In this document: positions 35,484 to 45,352 of the stretch, piece by piece
How positions within the stretch are numbered: the first letter of the stretch is position 1
Layout of the letters: every line of letters begins with the position of its first letter
Program-made: the position numbers and the translations under genes
The notes under the pieces: generated by a model
Databases searched by the model: none
What the model was told of the DNA's origin: nothing
The model's input: only the letters and a program-made list of their open reading frames with translations
Assembly (NCBI GenBank): GCA_041640635.1
Contig: JBEPZX010000005.1
Location: forward strand, 24,838 to 88,837
Length of the DNA stretch: 64,000 nucleotides
Direction: 5' to 3'
Origin: Aquificaceae bacterium
Lineage (GTDB): Bacteria; Aquificota; Aquificia; Aquificales; Aquificaceae

Positions 35484-35732
35484 TTATCCTCTTTTTTGCT
35501 CTTCTTCGTATTTTTGCTTTATTAATTCCCAACTCCAGCTTGTGGCTTCAGTTATGGGTTTTGTTTTGCCTATATCTTCTTCGGTTCCTTCAACCCATAT
35601 GTATACCCCATCTGTGTACAGTTTAAAGTTCTTTGTCCTTGCTGACCAACGCCAAAAATTGTGAGGTCCTATTCCGAGAGCTTTCTTAAACATCTCAAGT
35701 TCATTAGGCAAAAGTGGTCTTCCTTTTGTCAT
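35484..35732 (-). CDS. Hypothetical Trp-rich small protein
   Basis: ORF filling the gap directly after the secD stop, with a GAGG SD inside the secD end; family not recognised. Confidence 0.65.
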   Translation of the reverse strand: MTKGRPLLPNELEMFKKALGIGPHNFWRWSARTKNFKLYTDGVYIWVEGTEEDIGKTKPITEATSWSWELIKQKYEEEQKRG

Positions 35733-35734
35733 TA

Positions 35735-37222
35735 TCAAAACCTCAAAATCTTAATCTTATTTTGAATTTCCAAAAAGATCTTAGCATAGTATGCATTGGA
35801 TATAAAGGATGCTATAGTCCCTATGGTAAGTGTTGTAGCAAAACCCTTTACAGGACCAGAACCAAACTGAAATAGTATGAGGGCCGCTACCAAAAGAGTT
35901 ATGTGCGTATCCCATATGGCACTCAAAGCTCTCTTATACCCAAGCTCAATAGCCTTCCTTGAAGTATTTCCATATCTTAATTCCTCTTTTACTCTTTCGA
36001 AAATAAGAACATTTGAGTCTACAGCAATTCCCATGTTAAGAATTATACCCGCTATACCTGGCAATGTTAATGTACCTCCTAGCAAAGCCAAGCCAGCCCA
36101 TAGTAACAGAGCATTGAACAAAACGGAAACTATAGCACCTATGCCTACAGTCTTGTACCTTGCTATAAGTATGATACAAAGAAAAACAAAACCTAGTATA
36201 CCCGCTTTTATACCTTGGTCTATAGCATCTTTTCCTAAAGACGGTCCCACGATTGATTCTTGTAGGAATTCCACCTTTGTAGGTAAAGATCCAGACCTAA
36301 GAACCAAAGCGAGTTCCTTAGATTCATCCAAAGTAAAATTGCCAGTTATCTGACCCCTATCTGTTATCCTGCTTCTAATAACCGGTGCTGAAAATACTAC
36401 TTTGTCAAGAACTATGGCTAAGCGTCTACCTATGTTATTTTGAGTAGCTTCTCCAAACAAATTTGAAGCCTCACTGCTTAGCTCAAAGGTTACGGAAGGT
36501 TGTCCAAAATCGTCTTGGCTTGTGTAAGCTGTTTTGAGATCACTACCTGTAATCACAGGTATTCTCTCAACTAAGAACCAAGATTTCTCGTCAACGCTTG
36601 GAAGAAGTTCTGTATCTTTTGTTACCTTAGATTCTAAAAACTCTTTAGGACCTTCATCTATAACAAGTTTTAGCTCAAGCAAAGCCGTTCTACCTATTAC
36701 AGACTTTGCCTTGTTCACATCCATCATTCCAGGCAATTCTACTAATATTCTGTCCTTACCTGCTTTTGTTATAACAGGTTGAACTACACCAAGTTCATCT
36801 ATTCTTTTCCTTAATATCTCTATAGTTTGAGATACTATGTTGCTTTTCAAATTCTCTATTTCAGTATTATTAAATGTTAAAAATAGTGTTCCCTTTTCCG
36901 ATTTTCTTACATCAAACCTAGGAAAATTTTCATTAATAACCTTTATAGCCTTTGCCTCATCCTCTAGAACCTCAATCTTTATACCGTCCTTTTGGGAATA
37001 AACATCCAGAAGCTTCACATTTTCACTTTTAAGTTTGTTTTCTACATCCTTAGCTAATTTCTCATATTCAAGAGATAAAGCGTAATTTAAATCTGGTTGC
37101 AAAAGTATAGATATACCACCTTTCAGATCTAAACCTAAGTTAACAGGTTTTAAGTATATAACTGTAAAGGACAAGACAAGTAGTACCCAAAAACTTAAGA
37201 TTTTTATATTAGCTTTCTGCAT
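35735..37222 (-). CDS. secD: Protein translocase subunit SecD
   Basis: LGLDLKGG, RIDELGV, RSGSLP, VGPSLG, GIAVDSNVLIFERVKEE. Confidence 0.96.
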   Translation of the reverse strand: MQKANIKILSFWVLLVLSFTVIYLKPVNLGLDLKGGISILLQPDLNYALSLEYEKLAKDVENKLKSENVKLLDVYSQKDGIKIEVLEDEAKAIKVINENFPRFDVRKSEKGTLFLTFNNTEIENLKSNIVSQTIEILRKRIDELGVVQPVITKAGKDRILVELPGMMDVNKAKSVIGRTALLELKLVIDEGPKEFLESKVTKDTELLPSVDEKSWFLVERIPVITGSDLKTAYTSQDDFGQPSVTFELSSEASNLFGEATQNNIGRRLAIVLDKVVFSAPVIRSRITDRGQITGNFTLDESKELALVLRSGSLPTKVEFLQESIVGPSLGKDAIDQGIKAGILGFVFLCIILIARYKTVGIGAIVSVLFNALLLWAGLALLGGTLTLPGIAGIILNMGIAVDSNVLIFERVKEELRYGNTSRKAIELGYKRALSAIWDTHITLLVAALILFQFGSGPVKGFATTLTIGTIASFISNAYYAKIFLEIQNKIKILRF

Positions 37223-37703
37223 TGTTATTAATTATAATAGATGGTGTTGCGTATAATTTTTTTAGGTAACAAAAAAAGCAAAAATATCAAATTGCAAGTT
37301 TATATTGCATTTTGTGAAAACTTTCATCAATCTTTAAAAGAGCTTTAATCTTGATATAATCTACAAAGTTAGGAGCCATCCTAAAATCAACAGTGAAATA
37401 TTAATTATTACTTTTATTTTATTTTAATCTGATTAGAACAACAAAAAAACTTTTTCAGGCTTTAAGTTGAGGATCTAGTATTTGGCTGTTAATTACCAAT
37501 TATTAATGTTTTTTACAGAGAACGAAACTTTAGAAATAATAAGCTAAATTTACACTCTCCATTAATTTTCCAAAAGCCAAGACTAGGATAACCTAATAAA
37601 AATTCAAAGTAATTTTGTAAACGTAAATTCTATTAAATATCTTTTAAAAAGTATCCTGTGTTAGTATATAATTAAACATTGATTCACTATAAGGAGGGAA
37701 GTT

Positions 37704-38057
37704 ATGGACAGATATACACAAGTTCTGCAAGAACTAATAAGAAATACTGGCCTAGAAGGTGCTAGTTTAGTCTCCTCTGATGGACTACCCGTTTCTTCCG
37801 TTTTAAAACCAGGGATGGAAGAAGATAGAATAGCGGCAATGAGTGCCGCAATACTTTCACTAAGTGAACGTGTAGCTGAGGAATTACGTAAAGGACTATT
37901 GGAACAGATAACGATAAAAGGTCATGAGGGTTATGTGGTTTTAACAGGTATAGGACAGGATGCTGTACTCGTTGTTTTAGCAGATAACAATGCAAAGCTT
38001 GGTTTAATTCTTATGGAAATAAGAAAAGCACAAGATAAACTAAAGTCAATGATATAA
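37704..38057 (+). CDS. Roadblock/LC7 domain protein (MglB-like)
   Basis: LVSSDGLPV..EEDRIAAMSAAILSL...NAKLGLI; AAGGAGG SD. Confidence 0.9.
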   Translation: MDRYTQVLQELIRNTGLEGASLVSSDGLPVSSVLKPGMEEDRIAAMSAAILSLSERVAEELRKGLLEQITIKGHEGYVVLTGIGQDAVLVVLADNNAKLGLILMEIRKAQDKLKSMI

Positions 38058-38070
38058 ACAGAGGTATTAA

Positions 38071-38763
38071 ATGGCATTAACAGGTGATTTAAGCACCTTT
38101 AATTTTGTAGATATACTCCAAGTTATAGCTAAAGATAGAAAAAGCGGTATTTTAGTAGTAGATTGGAAAGATATAATGATTGTGTATTACGTAAAGGATG
38201 GAGAAATTGTATTCGCTAGACCAGTAGATAGAATCTTCAGGGTTTACGCGGAAAGAAATTTTGAACAGATGCTCTCCAAACTGAGGATAAGCAAGGATGT
38301 CCTGCATAAGACAATAGAAAGATTCCTTCTTTCTAGGTTTGATAATAAGCAAGGGATTTTTTCTCTTACACCAGGGTTTATTGAGTATCCACAAGAAGTA
38401 CCTGTTCATTATCCTATAGAAGAGCTCATATTTATTGCATCTAGGTCACTTACTCCTGAAGAAGTAGATAGACGTATATCTGATGACATGCTTCTTTTCG
38501 ATAAAAGCTCAAATCTGGAAGAAAAAATAGAAAAGGCCAAGTTAACAAAGGAAGAAATGCAAGTTTTAGACTTAATAAATGGTGCCAGAACAGTTGGAGA
38601 AATAAGGCTCGCGTCTGGACTTGATAGATTGACGGTAGATAGAACTTTGTATGCCCTTCTGGCTATAGGTGTTATACACAGAAAGAAAAAGGAAAGGCAG
38701 CAAAAACCTCCAATCACCTTAGAACTTCTTACAAAAGTTATAGAAAAAATAAAGGGGCTTTAA
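38071..38763 (+). CDS. DUF4388 (PATAN-like) protein with C-terminal winged-helix-like region
   Basis: MALTGDLSTFNFVDILQ...KSGIL...GEIVFA N-terminus; LDLINGARTVGEI...LYALLAIGVI C-terminus. Confidence 0.8.
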   Translation: MALTGDLSTFNFVDILQVIAKDRKSGILVVDWKDIMIVYYVKDGEIVFARPVDRIFRVYAERNFEQMLSKLRISKDVLHKTIERFLLSRFDNKQGIFSLTPGFIEYPQEVPVHYPIEELIFIASRSLTPEEVDRRISDDMLLFDKSSNLEEKIEKAKLTKEEMQVLDLINGARTVGEIRLASGLDRLTVDRTLYALLAIGVIHRKKKERQQKPPITLELLTKVIEKIKGL

Positions 38764-38764
38764 T

Positions 38765-39313
38765 ATGGGAATAATAAAAAAAATAAAAATAGTAGTGGCT
38801 GGTCCCTTTGCAGCTGGAAAAACACAATTTATAAATACGGTAAGCGAGATAAAAACTGTACGCACAGAAAGGAAAACTCAATCTGCGGGTGAAAAGGCTG
38901 TCAAAGACTATACAACTGTAGCTATGGACTTTGGAAAAATAAAAATAGATGATGAACATGAGCTCTATTTGTTCGGTACACCAGGACAGTTAAGGTTTGA
39001 TTTCATGTGGGAAATACTTGGAGAGGGGGCATTAGGTATCATAATCTTGGTAGATAGTACGAATCCTTCTACATTTCATGATGCGAGACGAATAATAAAT
39101 TTTTTTCAGTCGCGTTTTCCAGTACCTATAGTTATAGGTGCCAACAAACAGGATCTTCCGAATGCTTGGTCTCCCACAGATGTAGCGACCGCTTTGGATA
39201 TACAAGAAGACGAAGGCATACCCGTACTACCAGTATCAGCTGTGGATAAAGAATCCGTAAAAAGGACACTCATAGCATTGCTTGAAATTGTAAAAATGTA
39301 TCTAAGGTCTTGA
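38765..39313 (+). CDS. Small Ras-like GTPase (MglA/ATP_bind_1 family)
   Basis: G1 GPFAAGKT, G2 TTVAMDFG, G3 FGTPGQ.RF..MW, G4 NKQD, G5 VSA. Confidence 0.92.
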   Translation: MGIIKKIKIVVAGPFAAGKTQFINTVSEIKTVRTERKTQSAGEKAVKDYTTVAMDFGKIKIDDEHELYLFGTPGQLRFDFMWEILGEGALGIIILVDSTNPSTFHDARRIINFFQSRFPVPIVIGANKQDLPNAWSPTDVATALDIQEDEGIPVLPVSAVDKESVKRTLIALLEIVKMYLRS

Positions 39314-39320
39314 TTAGTGG

Positions 39321-39419
39321 GGAAGGGTTTACGGGATTTCTATACCTTTCGAAGAAAGGAAGGAAGAGTAAAGCGCCTGAACTGATTTATAAGCAAGCAT
39401 ACTTTTAAACCTTCCTTCC
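39321..39419 (-). other. Structured RNA element between the convergent GTPase and DEAD-box helicase genes
   Basis: Perfect 9-bp inverted repeat GGAAGGAAG (39358-66)/CTTCCTTCC (39411-19) with G-U-supported inner stems on the minus strand; alternative pairing of 39321-31 with 39406-15. Confidence 0.5.
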
Positions 39420-39437
39420 AGACTTCTTTGGGGTTTT

Positions 39438-40541
39438 TTAACTTACAGCAGACGTGTATTTCTCTTTTACTTTTTTTATTCTCCAAAGAGCCCTGCTGTC
39501 ATCTGGTGTTACCAAACTGTAAGCTTTTCCATACGTGCCTATTCTACCTGTTCGACCTATCCTGTGTATATAGACCTCAGGATCTTCAGGTATTTGGTAG
39601 TTGATAACCAAACTGACACCTTTTATATCCAATCCTCTGGATGCTACATCTGTGGCTACTATTATCTTTACTTTACCTTCCTTGAAAAGCTTTAGCGACG
39701 TCTCTCTTTGCCTTTGTGTCATATCACCATGCAAGGACACCACATTGAAACCCTTATTTTTTAGTTCTTGAGTCATTTCCTTTGCATCTTTTTTGGTTTT
39801 CACAAACACTATTACCTTGTCCAGTAAGTGTTGCTTCAATATCTTCTCTAGTTCTGACATTTTCTGCCTGTGGTTGGATAGTTTTATCAACCTTTCTTCT
39901 ATCATAGGTTTCATCTCTTCACTTAGGACCTTTACGAATTTGTAACTATCCCTCAGGTGTTTTTGTGCCAACTTTTCCACTTCTTTTGGAATGGTGGCAG
40001 AAAAGAGAAAGGTTTGTTTGTCTTTGGGTGTATACGAAATGATTTCTTCTATATCTTCCAAAAATCCCATATCCAGCATTACATCCGCCTCATCTAGTAC
40101 CAAGTAAGATACAGAACCAATATCAAGAGTTTTTCTATTAATCAAATCCTTTATGCGTCCAGGTGTGCCTATTACTATATTGGGTTTTTGTTTATAGAGA
40201 ACATCAAGGTCCCTCCTTACAGGAGTTCCTCCATAAAAGGCAAAAACCTTCAATCCCTTATACTTGGAAAGGGCAAACAGCTGATCCTTTACCTGAACTG
40301 CTAATTCTCTGGTAGGTGTTAAGATTAAGGCTTTAAAGTGATCTTCCTTTTTTAACCTCTCGATTATAGGTATTCCAAAAGCTGCCGTTTTGCCTGTGCC
40401 AGTGGCCGCTTGACCTAAAAGGTCGTAACCTTTAATCGCCAAAGGAATGGCTTCCTTTTGAATAGGTGTCGGATTTTCAAAACCCAAGTCGTCAAGAGCT
40501 TTTCTTAATGGTTGGCTAAGTTGAGAAAAACTGAACTGCAT
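39438..40541 (-). CDS. DEAD-box RNA helicase (core only)
   Basis: Q motif PTPIQ, ATGTGKT, PTRELA, LDEAD, FSAT, HGDMTQ, SRGLD, HRIGRTGR. Confidence 0.96.
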   Translation of the reverse strand: MQFSFSQLSQPLRKALDDLGFENPTPIQKEAIPLAIKGYDLLGQAATGTGKTAAFGIPIIERLKKEDHFKALILTPTRELAVQVKDQLFALSKYKGLKVFAFYGGTPVRRDLDVLYKQKPNIVIGTPGRIKDLINRKTLDIGSVSYLVLDEADVMLDMGFLEDIEEIISYTPKDKQTFLFSATIPKEVEKLAQKHLRDSYKFVKVLSEEMKPMIEERLIKLSNHRQKMSELEKILKQHLLDKVIVFVKTKKDAKEMTQELKNKGFNVVSLHGDMTQRQRETSLKLFKEGKVKIIVATDVASRGLDIKGVSLVINYQIPEDPEVYIHRIGRTGRIGTYGKAYSLVTPDDSRALWRIKKVKEKYTSAVS

Positions 40542-40691
40542 TTATTCCTCCTTTTTATGTGTACCTCTTAATTATAGACCTTTTTGCTAATAAAGCGAGA
40601 AGAAGTTTTAAATAATAAAAACTTATGATAAATGTTATAAGCTTTCGTGTTATAATTACAATCTACTTTTTTAAAGCTTTGGAGGAAGAGC

Positions 40692-41846
40692 ATGAAGTTA
40701 CATGAGCATCAAGCAAAAGAGATACTGTCACGTTACAGTTTACCAATACCGGAAGGAAGGGTAGCATTCAGCTTAGACGAAGCTTTAGCGGTAGCGCAGG
40801 ATCTTGGTGAGTTCCCTTTGGTAGTTAAAGCTCAGGTTCACTGTGGTGGAAGAGGAAAGGCAGGTGGTGTAAAGGTCGTTAAAAACATGCAAGAGCTCGA
40901 AGATGCCGTTAACTCCATGCTTGGAAAGGTTTTGAAGACCTTTCAGTGTCCCGATGGTAAACCTGTAAACAGAGTTTGGGTAGAGAAAGCAACAGCCATA
41001 GACAAAGAGTATTACTTAAGCATAACCTTGGACAGAGCTAACTCCAAACCGGTAGTTATGGCATCCGCCGAAGGTGGTATGGAGATAGAGGAAGTAGCAA
41101 AAGAAAAACCGGAAGCTATACTTATGATGCACATAGATCCCACATTGGGGCTTATGCCATCGCACGCCAGAAAGATAGCTTTTAAGCTTGGACTACCGGT
41201 GAATGAGTTTACCAAAATCCTTACCAACTTATACAGAGCTTACATGGATTTGGACGCTTCACTGGTTGAGATAAACCCATTAGTTTTGGACAAAAAGGGT
41301 AACCTGGTGCTCTTAGATGCAAAACTCGACATAGACGACAACGCTCTGATAAGACACAGAGACATACAGGAGATGGAGGACTTGAGTCAACTGGATCCTC
41401 TGGAGGTTGAAGCTAAGAAGTATAACCTTAACTACATAAAACTCGATGGAAACATAGGCTGTATGGTAAACGGCGCAGGATTGGCGATGACCACCATGGA
41501 CATTATAAAGCTCGCCGGTGGAGAACCTGCAAACTTTTTGGATGTGGGTGGTGGTGCCAATGTGGAGCAGATAGCCAACGCCTTTAGAATTCTGATGGCG
41601 GACAAAAACGTAAAAGCGGTTTTTATAAACATATTTGGTGGGATACTGAGATGTGACAGGCTCGCCAACGGACTCATAGAAGCGGCTAAAATGGTGCAGA
41701 TAAACGTGCCTGTAGTGGTAAGAATGGAAGGCACCAATGTGGAAGAAGGAAGGGAGATACTTTCAAGGTCTGGACTGAACTTTGTGAGTGCTGTGGACAT
41801 GTGGGACGGTGCCCAAAAAGCTGTAGAACTTGCCAACAAACAATGA
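40692..41846 (+). CDS. sucC: Succinyl-CoA synthetase beta subunit
   Basis: [50 protein letters not shown]. Confidence 0.94.
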   Translation: MKLHEHQAKEILSRYSLPIPEGRVAFSLDEALAVAQDLGEFPLVVKAQVHCGGRGKAGGVKVVKNMQELEDAVNSMLGKVLKTFQCPDGKPVNRVWVEKATAIDKEYYLSITLDRANSKPVVMASAEGGMEIEEVAKEKPEAILMMHIDPTLGLMPSHARKIAFKLGLPVNEFTKILTNLYRAYMDLDASLVEINPLVLDKKGNLVLLDAKLDIDDNALIRHRDIQEMEDLSQLDPLEVEAKKYNLNYIKLDGNIGCMVNGAGLAMTTMDIIKLAGGEPANFLDVGGGANVEQIANAFRILMADKNVKAVFINIFGGILRCDRLANGLIEAAKMVQINVPVVVRMEGTNVEEGREILSRSGLNFVSAVDMWDGAQKAVELANKQ

Positions 41847-41858
41847 GGAGGCATAAAT

Positions 41859-42740
41859 ATGGCTATACTTGTAGATAAAAACACCAAAGTTGTAGTTCAA
41901 GGTATAACGGGTAAGGAAGGGTCTTTCCATGCCACACAATGCAAAGCTTACGGCACACAGGTAGTAGCTGGAGTCACACCAGGTAAAGCTGGGCAAGATG
42001 TAGAAGGTATACCTGTTTTCAATACCGTAGAGGAAGCGGTGAAGAACACAGGAGCTAACTGTTCGCTCATATTCGTTCCACCCGCTTTTGCTGCAGACGC
42101 CATAGTGGAAGCTTTAGACGCTGGTATAGAACTGATAGTTTGTATCACGGAAGGGATACCAGTCAGAGACATGATGATGGCAAAACACTATATGAAAAAC
42201 AACTATCCCAACGCTAAACTGATAGGTCCCAACTGCCCGGGTGTTATAACACCAGGTGAGGCAAAGGTCGGAATAATGCCAGGTCACATATTCAAGAGAG
42301 GCAACATCGGGATAGTCTCAAGAAGTGGAACCTTAACTTACGAAGCTTCTTACCAATTGACCCAGTATGGGCTCGGTCAATCTACCGCTGTAGGAATAGG
42401 CGGAGACCCCGTTCATGGCTTGTCCCACAGAGACGTAATAGAGATGTTTAACAACGATCCAGAAACGCAAGCCATTTTGATGATAGGTGAGATAGGTGGG
42501 ACCGCAGAAGAGGAAGCAGCGGAGTATATAAAGCACAACGTAAAAAAACCTGTATTTGCATACATAGCGGGAATCACAGCTCCACCTGGAAGGCGTATGG
42601 GACATGCGGGTGCCATAATAATGGGAGGAAAAGGAACAGCTCAGGCTAAGATGCAAGCTCTAAGGGATGCCAACGCACACGTTATAGAAAATCCCGCCTT
42701 CATAGGTAAAACTATTGCGGAGGTTCTTGGAAAGGTTTAG
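41859..42740 (+). CDS. sucD: Succinyl-CoA synthetase alpha subunit
   Basis: [28 protein letters not shown] (phospho-His). Confidence 0.95.
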   Translation: MAILVDKNTKVVVQGITGKEGSFHATQCKAYGTQVVAGVTPGKAGQDVEGIPVFNTVEEAVKNTGANCSLIFVPPAFAADAIVEALDAGIELIVCITEGIPVRDMMMAKHYMKNNYPNAKLIGPNCPGVITPGEAKVGIMPGHIFKRGNIGIVSRSGTLTYEASYQLTQYGLGQSTAVGIGGDPVHGLSHRDVIEMFNNDPETQAILMIGEIGGTAEEEAAEYIKHNVKKPVFAYIAGITAPPGRRMGHAGAIIMGGKGTAQAKMQALRDANAHVIENPAFIGKTIAEVLGKV

Positions 42741-42758
42741 GCTTATAATTTTAAGATT

Positions 42759-43118
42759 ATGCATCATTTAAGTTCGGAGCAGATAGAGAGACTAAAAAAG
42801 GAACTCTTAGACTTAAGAAGAAAGGTACTAGAAAATGCGTCGGTTCAGATAAAGGATCCTTCCAATGTGACCTTCGAAGGTGGAGATGAGATAGATAGGG
42901 CAAATATAGAAACGGAAAGGTATATCCAACTCCAGCGTATAAAAACAAGAGAACTGAAACTCCTTCATAAGATAGATTATGCTTTGAGCAAAATAGAAAA
43001 CGGCACCTATGGAATATGCGAAATGTGTGGTGCGCTCATTCCCTTTGAAAGACTTATTGCCAGACCTGTTACCACTTTATGCATAGCTTGCAAGGAGAAG
43101 GAAGAAGAAAATGAGTGA
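42759..43118 (+). CDS. dksA: DksA/TraR C4 zinc-finger protein
   Basis: Coiled-coil tip [23 protein letters not shown]....CIAC. Confidence 0.88.
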   Translation: MHHLSSEQIERLKKELLDLRRKVLENASVQIKDPSNVTFEGGDEIDRANIETERYIQLQRIKTRELKLLHKIDYALSKIENGTYGICEMCGALIPFERLIARPVTTLCIACKEKEEENE

Positions 43119-44319
43119 AAGCTGGATGTTCCCAAGGGTTAGCAAGCTTCCCAAGTACGTTTTTGCGATGGTAAACGAGCTAAAGTATAAGCTAAGAAGG
43201 GAAGGAGAGGACATAATAGACCTAGGCATGGGAAATCCAGACATGCCACCTCACCCTAGGATTATAGATAAACTCTGTGAAGTAGCAAAAAGGGATAATG
43301 TTCACGGATACTCGGCATCCAAAGGAATACCAAGACTCAGGAAAGCCATATGTGATTTTTATGAAAGGCGCTACGGAGTTAAATTAGATCCAGAAACAGA
43401 GGTAACACTTACCATAGGTGCAAAGGAAGGGTATTCCCACTTTATGTTAGCTCTCTTGGAACCTGGCGACACAGTAATAGTTTCCAATCCCACCTATCCC
43501 ATACACTACTATGCACCCATAATAGCAGGTGGTGATGCTGTATCCGTTCCCATAGTCCCCCAAGAAGGGCAAGAAGGATTTATCAAAAGAATATACGATA
43601 CCGTTAAGTCTTCCTTTAGAAAACCGAAGGCTATAGTTCTCAGCTTTCCACACAACCCCACAACCATGTGTGTAGATCTAGAGTTCTTTAAAGAGATTAT
43701 CAACATAGCCAAAAAAGAAAGCATTTGGGTATTGCACGATTTTGCTTATGCGGATCTGGGTTTTGATGGTTATGAGCCTCCATCCATCTTTCAAGTGGAA
43801 GGAGCAAAGGATGTGGCGGTGGAAATTTACTCCATGTCCAAAGGATTTTCTATGGCAGGCTGGCGTGTTGCCTTTATGCTGGGAAACGAAATACTGATAA
43901 AGAATCTCATACACTTAAAGAGTTACTTAGACTATGGAGTCTTTACACCCATACAGGTAGCATCTATCATAGCCTTAGAAAGCCCATACGAAGAGGTTGT
44001 AGAGAAAAATAGATTAATCTATCAAAAAAGAAGAGACGTTTTGGTAGAAGGTTTAAACAAAGTCGGGTGGGAACTGGAAAAGCCTAAAGGGAGCATGTTT
44101 GTATGGGCAAAAATACCAGAGTACGTAAATATGAACTCCTTAGATTTTTCCCTTTTCCTTCTGACAGAAGCTAAGGTGGCGGTATCGCCGGGTATAGGGT
44201 TTGGAGAGTACGGAGAAGGTTACGTAAGATTTGCATTGGTAGAAAACGAGCATAGAATAAAACAAGCTATAAGGGGTATCAAAAGAGCCTTTGAGTCTTT
44301 AAAGCAAAGAGCAAGCTAA
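43111..44319 (+). CDS. Class I PLP aminotransferase (AlaC/YfdZ-like)
   Basis: [37 protein letters not shown]. Confidence 0.9.
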   Translation: MSESWMFPRVSKLPKYVFAMVNELKYKLRREGEDIIDLGMGNPDMPPHPRIIDKLCEVAKRDNVHGYSASKGIPRLRKAICDFYERRYGVKLDPETEVTLTIGAKEGYSHFMLALLEPGDTVIVSNPTYPIHYYAPIIAGGDAVSVPIVPQEGQEGFIKRIYDTVKSSFRKPKAIVLSFPHNPTTMCVDLEFFKEIINIAKKESIWVLHDFAYADLGFDGYEPPSIFQVEGAKDVAVEIYSMSKGFSMAGWRVAFMLGNEILIKNLIHLKSYLDYGVFTPIQVASIIALESPYEEVVEKNRLIYQKRRDVLVEGLNKVGWELEKPKGSMFVWAKIPEYVNMNSLDFSLFLLTEAKVAVSPGIGFGEYGEGYVRFALVENEHRIKQAIRGIKRAFESLKQRAS

Positions 44320-44383
44320 CATAGGTATTATATAGGATTTATATCAGATTGAAAGGATCGCTTTATGCTTTACATTTTAAATT

Positions 44384-45352
44384 ATGCCAAGCTTTGAACT
44401 GAAAGAGGAACTTACACTAACACAGGATACTATAAAAAGCTTGCAAGAAGAGATAAAGAAACTGGCAAAAGAAAAAAACGCTGTAATTTTGGCTCATTAC
44501 TACCAAAGACCAGAAGTGCAAGAGATAGCGGACTTTATAGGTGACTCTTTGGAACTATCCCAAAAAGCTAGTCAAACGGATGCTGACATCATCGTCTTTT
44601 GTGGTGTGAGATTTATGTGTGAAACAGCTAAGATACTCAACCCAAACAGAAAAGTCCTACACCCAAACCCCGAATCTGGGTGTCCTATGGCGGACATGGT
44701 TAGCGCTAAGGATGTTATAGCACTAAGAGAAAAGTATCCCGATGCTCTGGTAGTCTCTTACGTAAACACCACCGCAGAAGTGAAAGCTCTCTCCGATGTG
44801 TGTGTGACTTCTTCCAACGCCATAAAGATAGTTTCCAAACTGGACGCAAAAAGAATCATATTTTTGCCGGACCAAGCACTCGGTAACTGGGTCAAAAAAC
44901 ACGTGCCCGACAAGGAGTTCATCATATGGAAGGGTTTCTGTCCACCGCACTTTGAGTTTACAGTTAGAGAAGTTCAAAAACTAAAGGAACTCTACCCCGA
45001 TGCAAAAGTGGCGGTCCATCCCGAATGCCACCCAGGTGTTATAGAGATAGCGGACTTTGTGGGATCCACTTCACAGATAGTGAACTATGCCACCACGTGC
45101 GACTCCAACAACGTAATCGTTATCACAGAAGTAGGGCTAAAGCACACACTCACGAAGAAAAACCCAAATAAAAACTATATCTTCCCAGAATCCATGAACT
45201 ACTGCGGCACCGTTTACTGTTGCACCATGAAGGGTATAACGCTTCCAAAGGTTTACGAAACCCTCAAAAATGAAATAAATGAAGTTACCCTACCAGAGGA
45301 CATAATCCAAAAAGCAAGAAAACCCATAGAGAGGATGCTGGAGCTCTCATGA
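44384..45352 (+). CDS. nadA: Quinolinate synthase
   Basis: ILAHYYQ, GDSLEL, FCGVRFM, GCPMAD, YVNT, HPEC. Confidence 0.96.
   Translation: MPSFELKEELTLTQDTIKSLQEEIKKLAKEKNAVILAHYYQRPEVQEIADFIGDSLELSQKASQTDADIIVFCGVRFMCETAKILNPNRKVLHPNPESGCPMADMVSAKDVIALREKYPDALVVSYVNTTAEVKALSDVCVTSSNAIKIVSKLDAKRIIFLPDQALGNWVKKHVPDKEFIIWKGFCPPHFEFTVREVQKLKELYPDAKVAVHPECHPGVIEIADFVGSTSQIVNYATTCDSNNVIVITEVGLKHTLTKKNPNKNYIFPESMNYCGTVYCCTMKGITLPKVYETLKNEINEVTLPEDIIQKARKPIERMLELS

Noticed and set aside
37241..37348. 35-codon plus-strand ORF (MVLRIIFLGNKK...) in the secD-roadblock gap
   Set aside because: No SD, the ATG is only 2 nt from the nearest -10 box, and there are no recognisable features; likely chance.
39314..39437. 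SRP RNA or 6S RNA suggested by GGAAGGAAG
   Set aside because: It lacks the SRP domain IV context (CAGG...GGAA...AGCAG) and looks too short for 6S; kept only as an unassigned structured element.
40692..42740. Citryl-CoA synthetase (CcsAB) instead of SucCD
   Set aside because: Lengths (384 and 293 aa) and motifs fit canonical succinyl-CoA synthetase; a phylogeny would be needed to exclude it fully.
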